Of a stretch of 64,000 nucleotides of DNA, positions 46,059 through 56,627 are shown in pieces. The DNA lies in contig DASRHC010000004.1 of assembly GCA_035650715.1 (NCBI GenBank), forward strand, positions 1,318 through 65,317, given 5' to 3'. How positions within the stretch are numbered: position 1 is the stretch's first letter; each line of letters starts with the position of its first letter. Position numbers and translations under genes: made by a program. This DNA comes from Candidatus Methylomirabilota bacterium. Its GTDB lineage: Bacteria; Methylomirabilota; Methylomirabilia; Rokubacteriales; CSP1-6. The notes beneath the pieces were generated by a model, which had not been told where the DNA came from, searched no databases, and was given only the letters and a program-made list of their open reading frames with translations.

Positions 46059-48529
46059 TGCGGGCGGGGCGCTGGCTGCTGGCCGCGGTCTGCCTCTCCG
46101 GCTGCGCGACCGCCGGGCCGGCGGCCACGCCACCCATGACGGCCGAGTCCGGCACGGTCACCCCCGCCACGCCGGAGGGCGGCCCGGCAGACGCGGGCGC
46201 GCCACGCACCGAGATCACCGCCCGGCCCACGCCAGAGGCGCCGCCGGCACCACCGCCGGCGGCGTCCGTTGTGCCACCCGGGCCGGTGGGGGACTCTCCG
46301 GGAGCCGGCTCCGCGGCGACGCGGTCGCGTGCTTCGATCGGAGCCCCGCTGCCACCGCCCGCCTCCGAGGCACGGGTTCGGCCGGCGCCCCCAGAGGCAT
46401 CCGCGACGCCGGCGCGGCCGACGTCTCCGGCCACGGCCGCGCGGCCCGCCTCGCCCGCGCGGCCGGTCGTGCTCAACTTCGACAACGCCGACGTCGAGCT
46501 GGTGGTCCAGGCCGCCGCCGAGATCGTGGGCTTCAACTACGTGCTGGCTCCCGGCGTGCGCGGGCGGAAGGTCACGGTCCAGACCGTGGGTCGGATCGCG
46601 AGCGACGACGTGCTGGCGGTGCTGCTCACGATCCTCGAGGTCAACGGGCTGGCCGCGGTGCGCTCCGGGGACCTCTACCGGATCATCCCGCGCGAGCAGG
46701 CGTCGCAGGCACCCGTGAGGACCGTGGTCGGGCGCGCGGTGAACCCGGAGCTGCCCGCCGACGAGGTGATCACGCAGATCGTGGCGCTGCGCGTCCTGGG
46801 CGCCCCCGACGCGGTCGGCCTGCTGCGGCCGTTCGTCTCGAGCGCGGGCGCCCTCGCCGCGCATCGCGAGAGCAACCGGCTCCTGGTCACCGACACCGCG
46901 GCCAACGTGCGCCGTCTCCTCGAGGTGCTGGACCTGGTGGACGTCGAGGTCCCGCTCAGCGAGCTGCAGATCTTCACGCTGAAGCACGCCGACGCCCAGG
47001 AGCTGGCGTCGCTCCTGGGCCAGATCTTCGCGAGCGGCCCTTCGGGCGCCGGTCCGGCCATCCCCGGCACCGCCGGTGTCGCGTCGCCGCCGGGACCGCC
47101 GGCCCCACCACCGGGCGCCGCCCCGCCCGCCGCGGGGGCCGGATCGGAGCGTCCGCTCATCGTGCCGGAGCGCCGCTCCAACTCGCTGGTGGTCCGCGCG
47201 CGCACGCACGAGGTGGAGACCATCCGGCGGCTGATCGAGACGCTCGACGTCGATCTCTACAGCGGCCGGCGCGTCTTCATGTACTTCGCGGAGAACACCA
47301 GGGCCCGCGACCTCGTGACCACGCTGGACGCCATCTACGGGCGCGGCGACCGCGGGCCCGCCATCACCGGCACCCAGCACGTCGCACCTGGCGCCACCGG
47401 CCTCGTCGGCCCTGGCGGCGCCCTTCCGGCGCGGCAGCCGCCGTCGCTGCCCTCGCCGCCGGGCGTGGCGCCCTCCGCGGTGGCGCGGCCGGCGGGCGGG
47501 CCGGCCGCGTTTCCGGGCCTCGCCGGAGACGGGGCGCGGGCGGGCGCGGACATCCGGTTCGTGGCCGACGAGGTCACCAACGCGATCGTCGTGACCACCC
47601 ATCCCCGGCTCTGGAAGGAGATCCAGGAGACGGCGCGCCGACTCGACAAGATGCCGCGGCAGGTGCTGATCGAGGTGCTGGCCGCGGAGGTGACCCTGAG
47701 CGACGACACCCGGCTCGGGCTGGAGTGGGCCATCCGGTCGGGACGATTCGACGCGAGCGCCTCGCCCTCCGGCGCCCTGCCCGGCCGCCCGCCCCGGTCG
47801 CTGATCCCGCGGGGCGGCACGGTACCGCTCGGCTTCAACGTGTTCACGTTCGCGGCCGACCGGCTCCTCGCGGCGCTCAACGCCCTCGCGAGCGACAACC
47901 GCGTGAACGTCCTGTCGAATCCCTCGATCATGACCGCGGAGAACCGCAAGGCGGTCATCAACGTGTCCACCTCGGTGCCGATCGTCACGTCGCAGCAGGT
48001 GCCGGTGGCGACCGGCGGCATCACCGGCAACGCCATCACCCAGACGGTGGAGTACCGGGACGCGGGCATCATCCTGACCGTGACCCCGCGCATCGGGGAG
48101 CAGGGCACGGTGGCGCTCGACGTCAGGCAGGAGGTCAACGAGGTGGGCGAGAACGAGCCGCCGCCGATCAACTCGCCGCGCTTCACCAAGCGCGAGGCGG
48201 AGACCTCGGTGGTGTTGCTGGACAACCAGACGCTGGTGCTCGGCGGTCTCATCCAGAGCAAGCGCACGGAGATCCGCACCGGCATCCCCCTGCTGAGCCG
48301 CATCCCGATCCTCGGCTACCTGTTCGGCTCGGTCGAGCACCGCGTGGAGAAGACCGAGCTGCTGCTGCTGATCACCCCGCGCACGGTGGGCACCGCGGTG
48401 GACGCCGCCCGGGTCACCGAGCGGATGCGCGGCCTCACCCGGGGGCTCGAGCCGTCGATCCGGCAGGGGCCGCCCCCGGTCGCCCCCTCGCCGACGGTGC
48501 CGGCGCCGCCGGCACCGGGTTCCCCCTGA
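46058..48529 (+). CDS. gspD: Secretin GspD with lipoprotein signal and about 110-aa P/A-rich linker
   Basis: Lipobox 'AAVCLSGC', N0 'VVLNFDNADVELVVQAAAEIVGFNYV', secretin domain 'NVLSNPSIMTAENRKAVINV'. Confidence 0.9.
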   Translation: MRAGRWLLAAVCLSGCATAGPAATPPMTAESGTVTPATPEGGPADAGAPRTEITARPTPEAPPAPPPAASVVPPGPVGDSPGAGSAATRSRASIGAPLPPPASEARVRPAPPEASATPARPTSPATAARPASPARPVVLNFDNADVELVVQAAAEIVGFNYVLAPGVRGRKVTVQTVGRIASDDVLAVLLTILEVNGLAAVRSGDLYRIIPREQASQAPVRTVVGRAVNPELPADEVITQIVALRVLGAPDAVGLLRPFVSSAGALAAHRESNRLLVTDTAANVRRLLEVLDLVDVEVPLSELQIFTLKHADAQELASLLGQIFASGPSGAGPAIPGTAGVASPPGPPAPPPGAAPPAAGAGSERPLIVPERRSNSLVVRARTHEVETIRRLIETLDVDLYSGRRVFMYFAENTRARDLVTTLDAIYGRGDRGPAITGTQHVAPGATGLVGPGGALPARQPPSLPSPPGVAPSAVARPAGGPAAFPGLAGDGARAGADIRFVADEVTNAIVVTTHPRLWKEIQETARRLDKMPRQVLIEVLAAEVTLSDDTRLGLEWAIRSGRFDASASPSGALPGRPPRSLIPRGGTVPLGFNVFTFAADRLLAALNALASDNRVNVLSNPSIMTAENRKAVINVSTSVPIVTSQQVPVATGGITGNAITQTVEYRDAGIILTVTPRIGEQGTVALDVRQEVNEVGENEPPPINSPRFTKREAETSVVLLDNQTLVLGGLIQSKRTEIRTGIPLLSRIPILGYLFGSVEHRVEKTELLLLITPRTVGTAVDAARVTERMRGLTRGLEPSIRQGPPPVAPSPTVPAPPAPGSP

Positions 48530-48607
48530 CCCGCCGGACGGGTTCCTCCGCCACTGCATCGCGAGGGCGGCCGATGGCGTCGGTTGCGGGCGGTTGTTAT
48601 CCTGTGA

Positions 48608-51276
<2,669 letters not shown>

Positions 51277-51311
51277 CCCGGTCCAGCCGCCAACTCCACA
51301 GGGAGGACACC

Positions 51312-52007
51312 GTGCCGCTCACCACGCAAGAGATCGAAGCGCTCAAGAAGATCACCAGTCCCAGCGTCGCCAACGCCATCGAGACCTTCAAGGTGCGGCC
51401 CCGCGAGCAGGGCAACGTCTCCTCGGCCATCCGCGCCCTCTTCCCCGAGATGGGCCCCATGGTCGGCTACGCGGTCCCCTGCCTGATCCGGGCCGAGGCG
51501 GGTCCCATCGAGGGCCACCGCGCGAGCACCTACGGCTGGTGGGACTACGTGCTGTCGATTCCGGCCCCGCGGGTGATCGTGGTGCACGACCTCGACGATC
51601 CGCGCGGCCAGGGGGCCCAGTGGGGCGAGGTGCAGGCGAACATCCACCGGGCCCTCGGGTGCGTGGGCGTGGTCACCGACGGCTCGGTGCGCGACCTCGA
51701 CGAGGTGCGCGCGCTCGGCTTCCAGTTCTGCGCCGCTCACGTGTCCGTCTCGCACGCCAACGTCCACATGGTGGACTTCGGCATCCCGGTGAAGGTGGGC
51801 GGGGTCTGGATCAAGCCCGGCGACCTGATCCACGGGGACCAGCACGGGGTGTGCACCATCCCGCACGAGATCGCGGCCCGGATCCCGGAGGCCATCGCGA
51901 AGGTGGAGGCCGACGAGCGGGAGATCATCAAGGTCTGCCAGAGCCCGGGCTTCACCGTCGACAAGCTGAAGGAGCTGTACAGGCGCATCCGGCCCGGGAC
52001 CTACTGA
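51312..52007 (+). CDS. RraA-family protein (RraA / 4-hydroxy-4-methyl-2-oxoglutarate aldolase fold)
   Basis: GTG after GGGAGGA. 'GVVTDGSVRDLDEV' core motif. Confidence 0.8.
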   Translation: MPLTTQEIEALKKITSPSVANAIETFKVRPREQGNVSSAIRALFPEMGPMVGYAVPCLIRAEAGPIEGHRASTYGWWDYVLSIPAPRVIVVHDLDDPRGQGAQWGEVQANIHRALGCVGVVTDGSVRDLDEVRALGFQFCAAHVSVSHANVHMVDFGIPVKVGGVWIKPGDLIHGDQHGVCTIPHEIAARIPEAIAKVEADEREIIKVCQSPGFTVDKLKELYRRIRPGTY

Positions 52008-52075
52008 GCCCCGGCCGCGGGCGGAGCGGTTGAGCGGGGCGTCCCCGCGTGCGTACAATGCGCCGGGACGCCCCC

Positions 52076-52510
52076 ATGATCGAGATCCGACTGCCCCGGG
52101 TGGCCGACTCCGTCGGCTGCACCACCCTCGCCGCCACCGTCATCGGAGAGGAGCGCGCCCCCGCGTTCATCCGGTCGCACATGGAGCGGCACCATCTGAT
52201 CGTGGCCGAATCCGCGGGCGAGGTGGTGGGGTTCGTGGCCTACCGCCTCGACTGGTTCCAGTGCACGTTCGTCAGCCTGGTGGTGGTGCGCGAGGACTTC
52301 CGCCGCAAGGGCATCGCGCGGGAGTTCTTCAGGTCGGTGGAAGCGGTCTCGCCCACTCCCCGTCTCTTCTCCTCCACCGAGGAGACGAACGTGCCGTCGA
52401 TCCGCATGCACACCGCGCTCGGCTTCGCCCCGAGCGGGCACATCGACAACCTGCCCCAGGGCGTGCGCGAGCTCCTCTTCTACAAGCGCATCCCACCCCG
52501 CGGCGTCTAG
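52076..52510 (+). CDS. GNAT-family N-acetyltransferase
   Basis: 'VVVREDFRRKGIAREF' acetyl-CoA motif. Start chosen downstream of a TTGAGC-18-TACAAT promoter-like pair (52030-52059). GTG 52049 is also possible. Confidence 0.75.
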   Translation: MIEIRLPRVADSVGCTTLAATVIGEERAPAFIRSHMERHHLIVAESAGEVVGFVAYRLDWFQCTFVSLVVVREDFRRKGIAREFFRSVEAVSPTPRLFSSTEETNVPSIRMHTALGFAPSGHIDNLPQGVRELLFYKRIPPRGV

Positions 52511-52513
52511 CCC

Positions 52514-52542
52514 GGGGTCAGGTCTTACATTCCGACATTTTC
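52514..52542 (+). repeat. Left-type copy of the repeat family (29 nt identical to 22207-22235)
   Basis: GGGGTCAGGTCTTACATTCCGACATTTTC, starting 3 nt after the GNAT stop and ending 15 nt before the next ATG. Confidence 0.9.
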
Positions 52543-52557
52543 TCGAGGGAGGCGGTC

Positions 52558-53019
52558 ATGTCCGAGAAGACGACGCTCTTGAGCGAGGCCGAAACCGAGC
52601 TGCAGACGTTCAAGCGATCCTTCGCGGGCCTCGACGAGGCGCGCATGCGCGAGGTGTGGCTCGGCACGTGGAGCGTACGCGACATCGTCGCGCACATCTC
52701 GGGCTGGCATCGCGAGATGATCCCGGCGCTCGAGCGCCTGGCCCGGGGGGAGCGGCCGATCCCGGCGGGCGTGTCCTACGACGACGTCGACGCGTGGAAC
52801 GCGAAGTTCGCGGCGGCCAGGAAGGGCGCGGCCACCGCGGACATCCTGAAGGAGCTCGACGCCTCCCACGCCGCCTTCATGCAGGCCGCGGCCGGGGTGC
52901 CGGAGGACCGCTACGTGCCGGGCAAGACCGCGCACAAGATCGTCGATCTCAACAGCCGGCACCATTATCACGAGCACCGGGAGCAGATCGAGGCGTGGCG
53001 CAAGCGCGCCGGCGTCTAG
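52558..53019 (+). CDS. DinB-superfamily four-helix-bundle protein (DinB/ClbS-like)
   Basis: ATG after GGGAGG. 'WSVRDIVAHISGWH' and C-terminal 'HYHEHREQI' His-rich motifs. Confidence 0.7.
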   Translation: MSEKTTLLSEAETELQTFKRSFAGLDEARMREVWLGTWSVRDIVAHISGWHREMIPALERLARGERPIPAGVSYDDVDAWNAKFAAARKGAATADILKELDASHAAFMQAAAGVPEDRYVPGKTAHKIVDLNSRHHYHEHREQIEAWRKRAGV

Positions 53020-53052
53020 ATCCGTAGGGCGACCGGCGGCGCGGGGCGCGGC

Positions 53053-54333
53053 ATGGGGCGCATCCGAGAGCTGGCCGAGCAGTCCTGGGCGGGCCTGATC
53101 GAGCCGTACGCGCTGTGGACGCCGACCGGCGCCATCGAGGAGATCGCCGACGGCGTCTTCTTCCTGCATGCCTTCGCCAACGTGACGGTGGTGCGGACGG
53201 GCGACGGCCTGCTCCTGATCGACAGCGCGAGCGAGGTCGCCCGCGACAGGACCTTCGCGGCGGTGCGCGCGGTGGACCCCGCCCCGGTGCGGGACGCGAT
53301 CTACACGCACGGCCACGTCGATCACGCCTTCGGCCTGCCTCCGTTCCGGGCGGAGGCGCACGAGAAGGGATGGCCCCCGCCCCGGGTGGTGGCGCACGCC
53401 AACGTCGTTCCGCGCTTCGACCGCTATCGCGCCACCGCCGGATACAACCGGCTCGCCAACGCGCGCCAGTTCTCCCGGCCGCCTGCGTGGCCCGGCGAGT
53501 ACGTCTACCCGGACACCACCTACGAGCGGCGGCTCCGGGTCGAGGCGGGCGGCTGCGCGCTCGAGCTCGAGCACGCCCGCGGGGAGACCGACGACCACAC
53601 CTGGATCTGGTGGCCGGAGGGCCGCGTGCTCTGGACCGGCGACCTCTTCCTGTGGGTGGCCCCCAACGCGGGCAATCCCCAGAAGGCGCAGCGCTACGCG
53701 GCCGAATGGGCGGTGGCGCTCCGGGCCATGGCCGCGCGCGACGCCGCCCTGCTGATCCCCGGGCACGGGATGCCGATCCTCGGCGCCGACCGGGTGCGGC
53801 AGGCCCTGACCGAGACCGCGGAGTGGCTGGAGGCCCTCGTCGAGCAGACGCTCGCGCTGATGAACGCGGGCGCCCCGCTCGAGCGGATCCTGCGCGAGGT
53901 GCATCCGCCGGCCCGCCTGGCCGACCGCCCCTATCTCCAGCCGGCATACGACGAGCCGCAGTACGTGGTGCGCAACCTGTGGCGGCTGTACGGCGGCTGG
54001 TACGACGGCGCGCCCGCGCACCTGCAGCCGGCGCCCGCCGCGGAGCTGGGCGCGGAGGTGGCGACGCTCGCGGGCGGCGTGGCGATGCTCGTGGCCCGGG
54101 CGCGGCGTCTGGCCGATGAAGGCCGCCTCGCGCTCGCGAGCCATCTGATCGACTGGGCGGTGGCGACGGCGCCGGACGACCGCGCCGCCCACGCCGCCCG
54201 AGCCGAGATCTACGGGCGCCGGGCCGCGCGGGCACGCGCCCTCATGACCCGCGGCATCTTCACCGCCGCCGCGCGCGAGTCGGCGGAGCGGGCCGGCCCC
54301 GGGGCCGCGTCGGGCGCCGGCGGCGCGGGCTGA
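53053..54333 (+). CDS. MBL-fold metallo-hydrolase with alkyl-sulfatase-type dimerisation domain
   Basis: 'YTHGHVDHAFG' (HxHxDH). The helical C-terminal half resembles the alkyl sulfatase dimerisation domain. No SCP2 tail. Confidence 0.8.
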   Translation: MGRIRELAEQSWAGLIEPYALWTPTGAIEEIADGVFFLHAFANVTVVRTGDGLLLIDSASEVARDRTFAAVRAVDPAPVRDAIYTHGHVDHAFGLPPFRAEAHEKGWPPPRVVAHANVVPRFDRYRATAGYNRLANARQFSRPPAWPGEYVYPDTTYERRLRVEAGGCALELEHARGETDDHTWIWWPEGRVLWTGDLFLWVAPNAGNPQKAQRYAAEWAVALRAMAARDAALLIPGHGMPILGADRVRQALTETAEWLEALVEQTLALMNAGAPLERILREVHPPARLADRPYLQPAYDEPQYVVRNLWRLYGGWYDGAPAHLQPAPAAELGAEVATLAGGVAMLVARARRLADEGRLALASHLIDWAVATAPDDRAAHAARAEIYGRRAARARALMTRGIFTAAARESAERAGPGAASGAGGAG

Positions 54334-54337
54334 GACC

Positions 54338-54799
54338 GTGGCGGCCACCTATCGTCTGTCCCCGAGCCGGCGTGCGGTCAACCGGCTGGTGCGCCTCCTG
54401 CTGCGCCTGGGTCTCATGCCCGAGCCGACCTACCTGCTCACCGTGCGCGGCCGCCGCACCGGCCGGGTGCTGTCCACGCCGGTGACGCTGGTCGAGGAGA
54501 GCGGGGAGCGCTGGCTGGTGGCGCCCTACGGCGAGGTGGCGTGGGTGCGGAGCGCGCGAGCGGCGGGCCAGGTCATGCTGAGCCGCGGCGGGAAGGAAGA
54601 GCGCGTGGCGATCCGGGAGCTGGCGCCGGCCGCCGCCGCGCCCGTGCTCCGGCTCTACCTCGCGCGCGTGCCCATCACCCGCCCGTACTTCGATGTCGCG
54701 CCGGGCTCGCCGCTGGCCGCCTTCGAGGCGGAGGCGCTGCGCCATCCCGTCTTCCGGCTCGAACGCGCGGCCGGCGGCACTCGAAATGTCGGAATGTAA
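54338..54799 (+). CDS. Nitroreductase/deazaflavin-dependent oxidoreductase-family (DDN/DUF385-like) protein
   Basis: 'LLTVRGRRTGRVLSTPVTLVEESGERWLVAPYGEVAWVRSARAAG'. The last 4 codons and the stop lie inside the repeat. Confidence 0.7.
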   Translation: MAATYRLSPSRRAVNRLVRLLLRLGLMPEPTYLLTVRGRRTGRVLSTPVTLVEESGERWLVAPYGEVAWVRSARAAGQVMLSRGGKEERVAIRELAPAAAAPVLRLYLARVPITRPYFDVAPGSPLAAFEAEALRHPVFRLERAAGGTRNVGM

Positions 54800-54815
54800 G
54801 ACCTGACCCCGTCAG
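54784..54815 (-). repeat. Right-type copy of the repeat family (32 nt identical to 22265-22296)
   Basis: AAATGTCGGAATGTAAGACCTGACCCCGTCAG. Contains the stop codons of genes on both strands. Confidence 0.9.
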
Positions 54816-55507
54816 ACGACCTCGTCGGTGCGGGAGAGGACCTCGCCGAAACGGGAGAGGACCGGCGGCGGCAGCGTCTTGTAGACCTCGGCGATGCGCA
54901 GGTTGATCTCGCGGTTCGCCAGGGCGAAGAGGCTCCGGCCGGCGGCGTCGCCCTCCACCAGGAACGGGCCCAGGCGGTCCACCTCCAGCACCCAGAGCGC
55001 CTGCGCGATGCCGAGCTCGCGCAGCCAGTGGACCTCGCGCACGCGCCGGATGCCGCGCCCGTAGGCCGCGCCCATGCCGTAGCCCACCGTGGTCAGGTAG
55101 ACCGCGCCGTGGGGCACGAACCACTCGCGGTAGGCCAGCTCGGTGAGCCCGGCCTTGCCCACGATCACACGCGCGCCGGAGCGCTCGAACCACGGCCCCA
55201 TGGACTTGCCGAAGCGGAAGCTGGCGGTGGCGGTCACCGCCTCCACCACGTGGGTGCCGTCGGGCCGGGTGGCCGCCGCGGGCGAGCAGTGGAAGTTGAC
55301 GTTGGTCAGCGCGCGCACCGAGGGCGGGAACGGCAGCGCCTTGTCCACCACCTGGCGGTAGACGCCCTCGCGCGCGGTATAGAGCGCGCCGCTCAGATAC
55401 ACCACGTCGCCCAGCTTGAGCGAGCGGATCGCCTCGTCCGACACCGGCGTGGTGAGGTGCACCTCGTCCATCGCCACGTCGTCGAGGCGCTCGATCGCCG
55501 CGCCCAT
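54812..55507 (-). CDS. Fe-S hydro-lyase beta subunit (class I fumarate hydratase / tartrate dehydratase C-terminal-type)
   Basis: 'GDVVYLSGALYTAREG', 'GKAGL', 'AVYLTTVGY'. 1-nt overlap with the alpha subunit gene. Confidence 0.8.
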   Translation of the reverse strand: MGAAIERLDDVAMDEVHLTTPVSDEAIRSLKLGDVVYLSGALYTAREGVYRQVVDKALPFPPSVRALTNVNFHCSPAAATRPDGTHVVEAVTATASFRFGKSMGPWFERSGARVIVGKAGLTELAYREWFVPHGAVYLTTVGYGMGAAYGRGIRRVREVHWLRELGIAQALWVLEVDRLGPFLVEGDAAGRSLFALANREINLRIAEVYKTLPPPVLSRFGEVLSRTDEVV

Positions 55508-56442
55508 CACTCGATGCCCTCGCGCCGGTAGTAGTCGGTGAACCAGGCCGGATCGCTCCGGAACTCCACGCGCCCGTCGGGATGGATGCGCGCGGTGGCC
55601 CGGCGCGACGACAGGCAGAACTGGTGGATGCCCACCGGCATGCCGCCGGTGTGGGTGTAGGCCAGCTCCACGTGGGTGGCGACGACCATCGAGGTGCCCG
55701 CGAAGCCCATGGCCCCGATGCCGATGTAATTGCCGAGCGCGGTCAGCTCGGCCTCGAGCGCGGCCGCGGCCGGGTCGGGGTTGCGACTGCCGACGGTGCG
55801 CAGGCACGCGGCTTCCTTGCCGAGCCGCACGCAGGTGTCCTTGGCCCCGCCGATCCCGACGCCCACGATGGCGGGCTGGCAGGCCAGCCCGCGCTTGCCC
55901 GACTCGATCAGGGTATCGACGAAGAAGCGCTTGATGCCGGCCACGCCGTCGCCGGGGAACAGCATGCGGAAGTCGCTGCCGAAGAGGCCGCCCTTGTGGA
56001 CGGTGGTGACGTCGATCCAGCCCGCACCCGGCTCCACCGAGTAGGTCACCTCGGGGGCGTGGATGCCCACGTTGTCGTTGCGGTCGGCGCGGGTCAGCGG
56101 GTGCACCCGGTTGGGCCGCAGCGGGATCGCCTGGGTGGCGTCCGCGGTCGCCCGGCGCAGCGCGCGCTCCAGCGCGACCAGCCCGCCCTCGACCACCGCC
56201 TCGTTGCCGAGCTTCACGTAGTAGCGCGGCAGCCCGGTGTCCGCGCACATCGGCCGCCGGTCCGCGGAGGCGATGTCCCAGTTCTCCAGCATCTGCTCCA
56301 GCACGAACCGCGCGAGCCGGTTGCCCTCGCGCTCCTTCGCCAGCCGCACGCCCTCCCGGTAGTCCGCCGGGATGTCGATGGCGGCCCGCGCCATCAGCTC
56401 GCGCGCCGTATCCTCGACCAGCTTCGCCGGAATCGCCCCCAC
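55507..56442 (-). CDS. Fe-S hydro-lyase alpha subunit (class I fumarate hydratase / tartrate dehydratase N-terminal-type)
   Basis: 'PMCADTGLPRYYVK', 'VGVGIGG'. 311 aa. Confidence 0.85.
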   Translation of the reverse strand: MGAIPAKLVEDTARELMARAAIDIPADYREGVRLAKEREGNRLARFVLEQMLENWDIASADRRPMCADTGLPRYYVKLGNEAVVEGGLVALERALRRATADATQAIPLRPNRVHPLTRADRNDNVGIHAPEVTYSVEPGAGWIDVTTVHKGGLFGSDFRMLFPGDGVAGIKRFFVDTLIESGKRGLACQPAIVGVGIGGAKDTCVRLGKEAACLRTVGSRNPDPAAAALEAELTALGNYIGIGAMGFAGTSMVVATHVELAYTHTGGMPVGIHQFCLSSRRATARIHPDGRVEFRSDPAWFTDYYRREGIE

Positions 56443-56627
56443 CTACCCCTCCCCCACCTCGACGACGAACGGGGGGCCCGACGCCGGTCGCCTCGCAGGC
56501 CTCCGCCCGATCAGCACGCCCGGCCCCGCGCCCCGCCCCTCACGCCCACGCCTGCACTCTACGCCCGAGCATCGGTGGAAGCTGCCGACACGGCAGGAGC
56601 ACAGCAGCCGCATCCCTCGAGGCAGTC

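Larger units (their letters stand above)
52514..54815 (+). mobile_element. Candidate non-autonomous IR-bounded cassette (3 passenger genes, no transposase)
   Basis: Perfect 27-bp inverted ends with the same left/right polarity as the 85-bp hairpin at 22207. No target-site duplication is visible. Confidence 0.35.

Noticed and set aside
52030-53019. 329-aa ORF that would fuse sequence opposite the GNAT frame to the DinB-like protein
   Set aside because: The first 176 codons overlap the GNAT gene in another frame and run through the repeat. A clean ATG with a GGGAGG site at 52558 starts the recognisable domain.
56443-56627. Possible small ORF or sRNA in the 280-nt gap between cimA and the hydro-lyase genes
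   Set aside because: Only GC-artefact ORFs (56372..56662) lacking start context. No conserved RNA motif recognised. Best explained as cimA 3' structure plus the hydro-lyase promoter and 5'UTR. This remains unverified.
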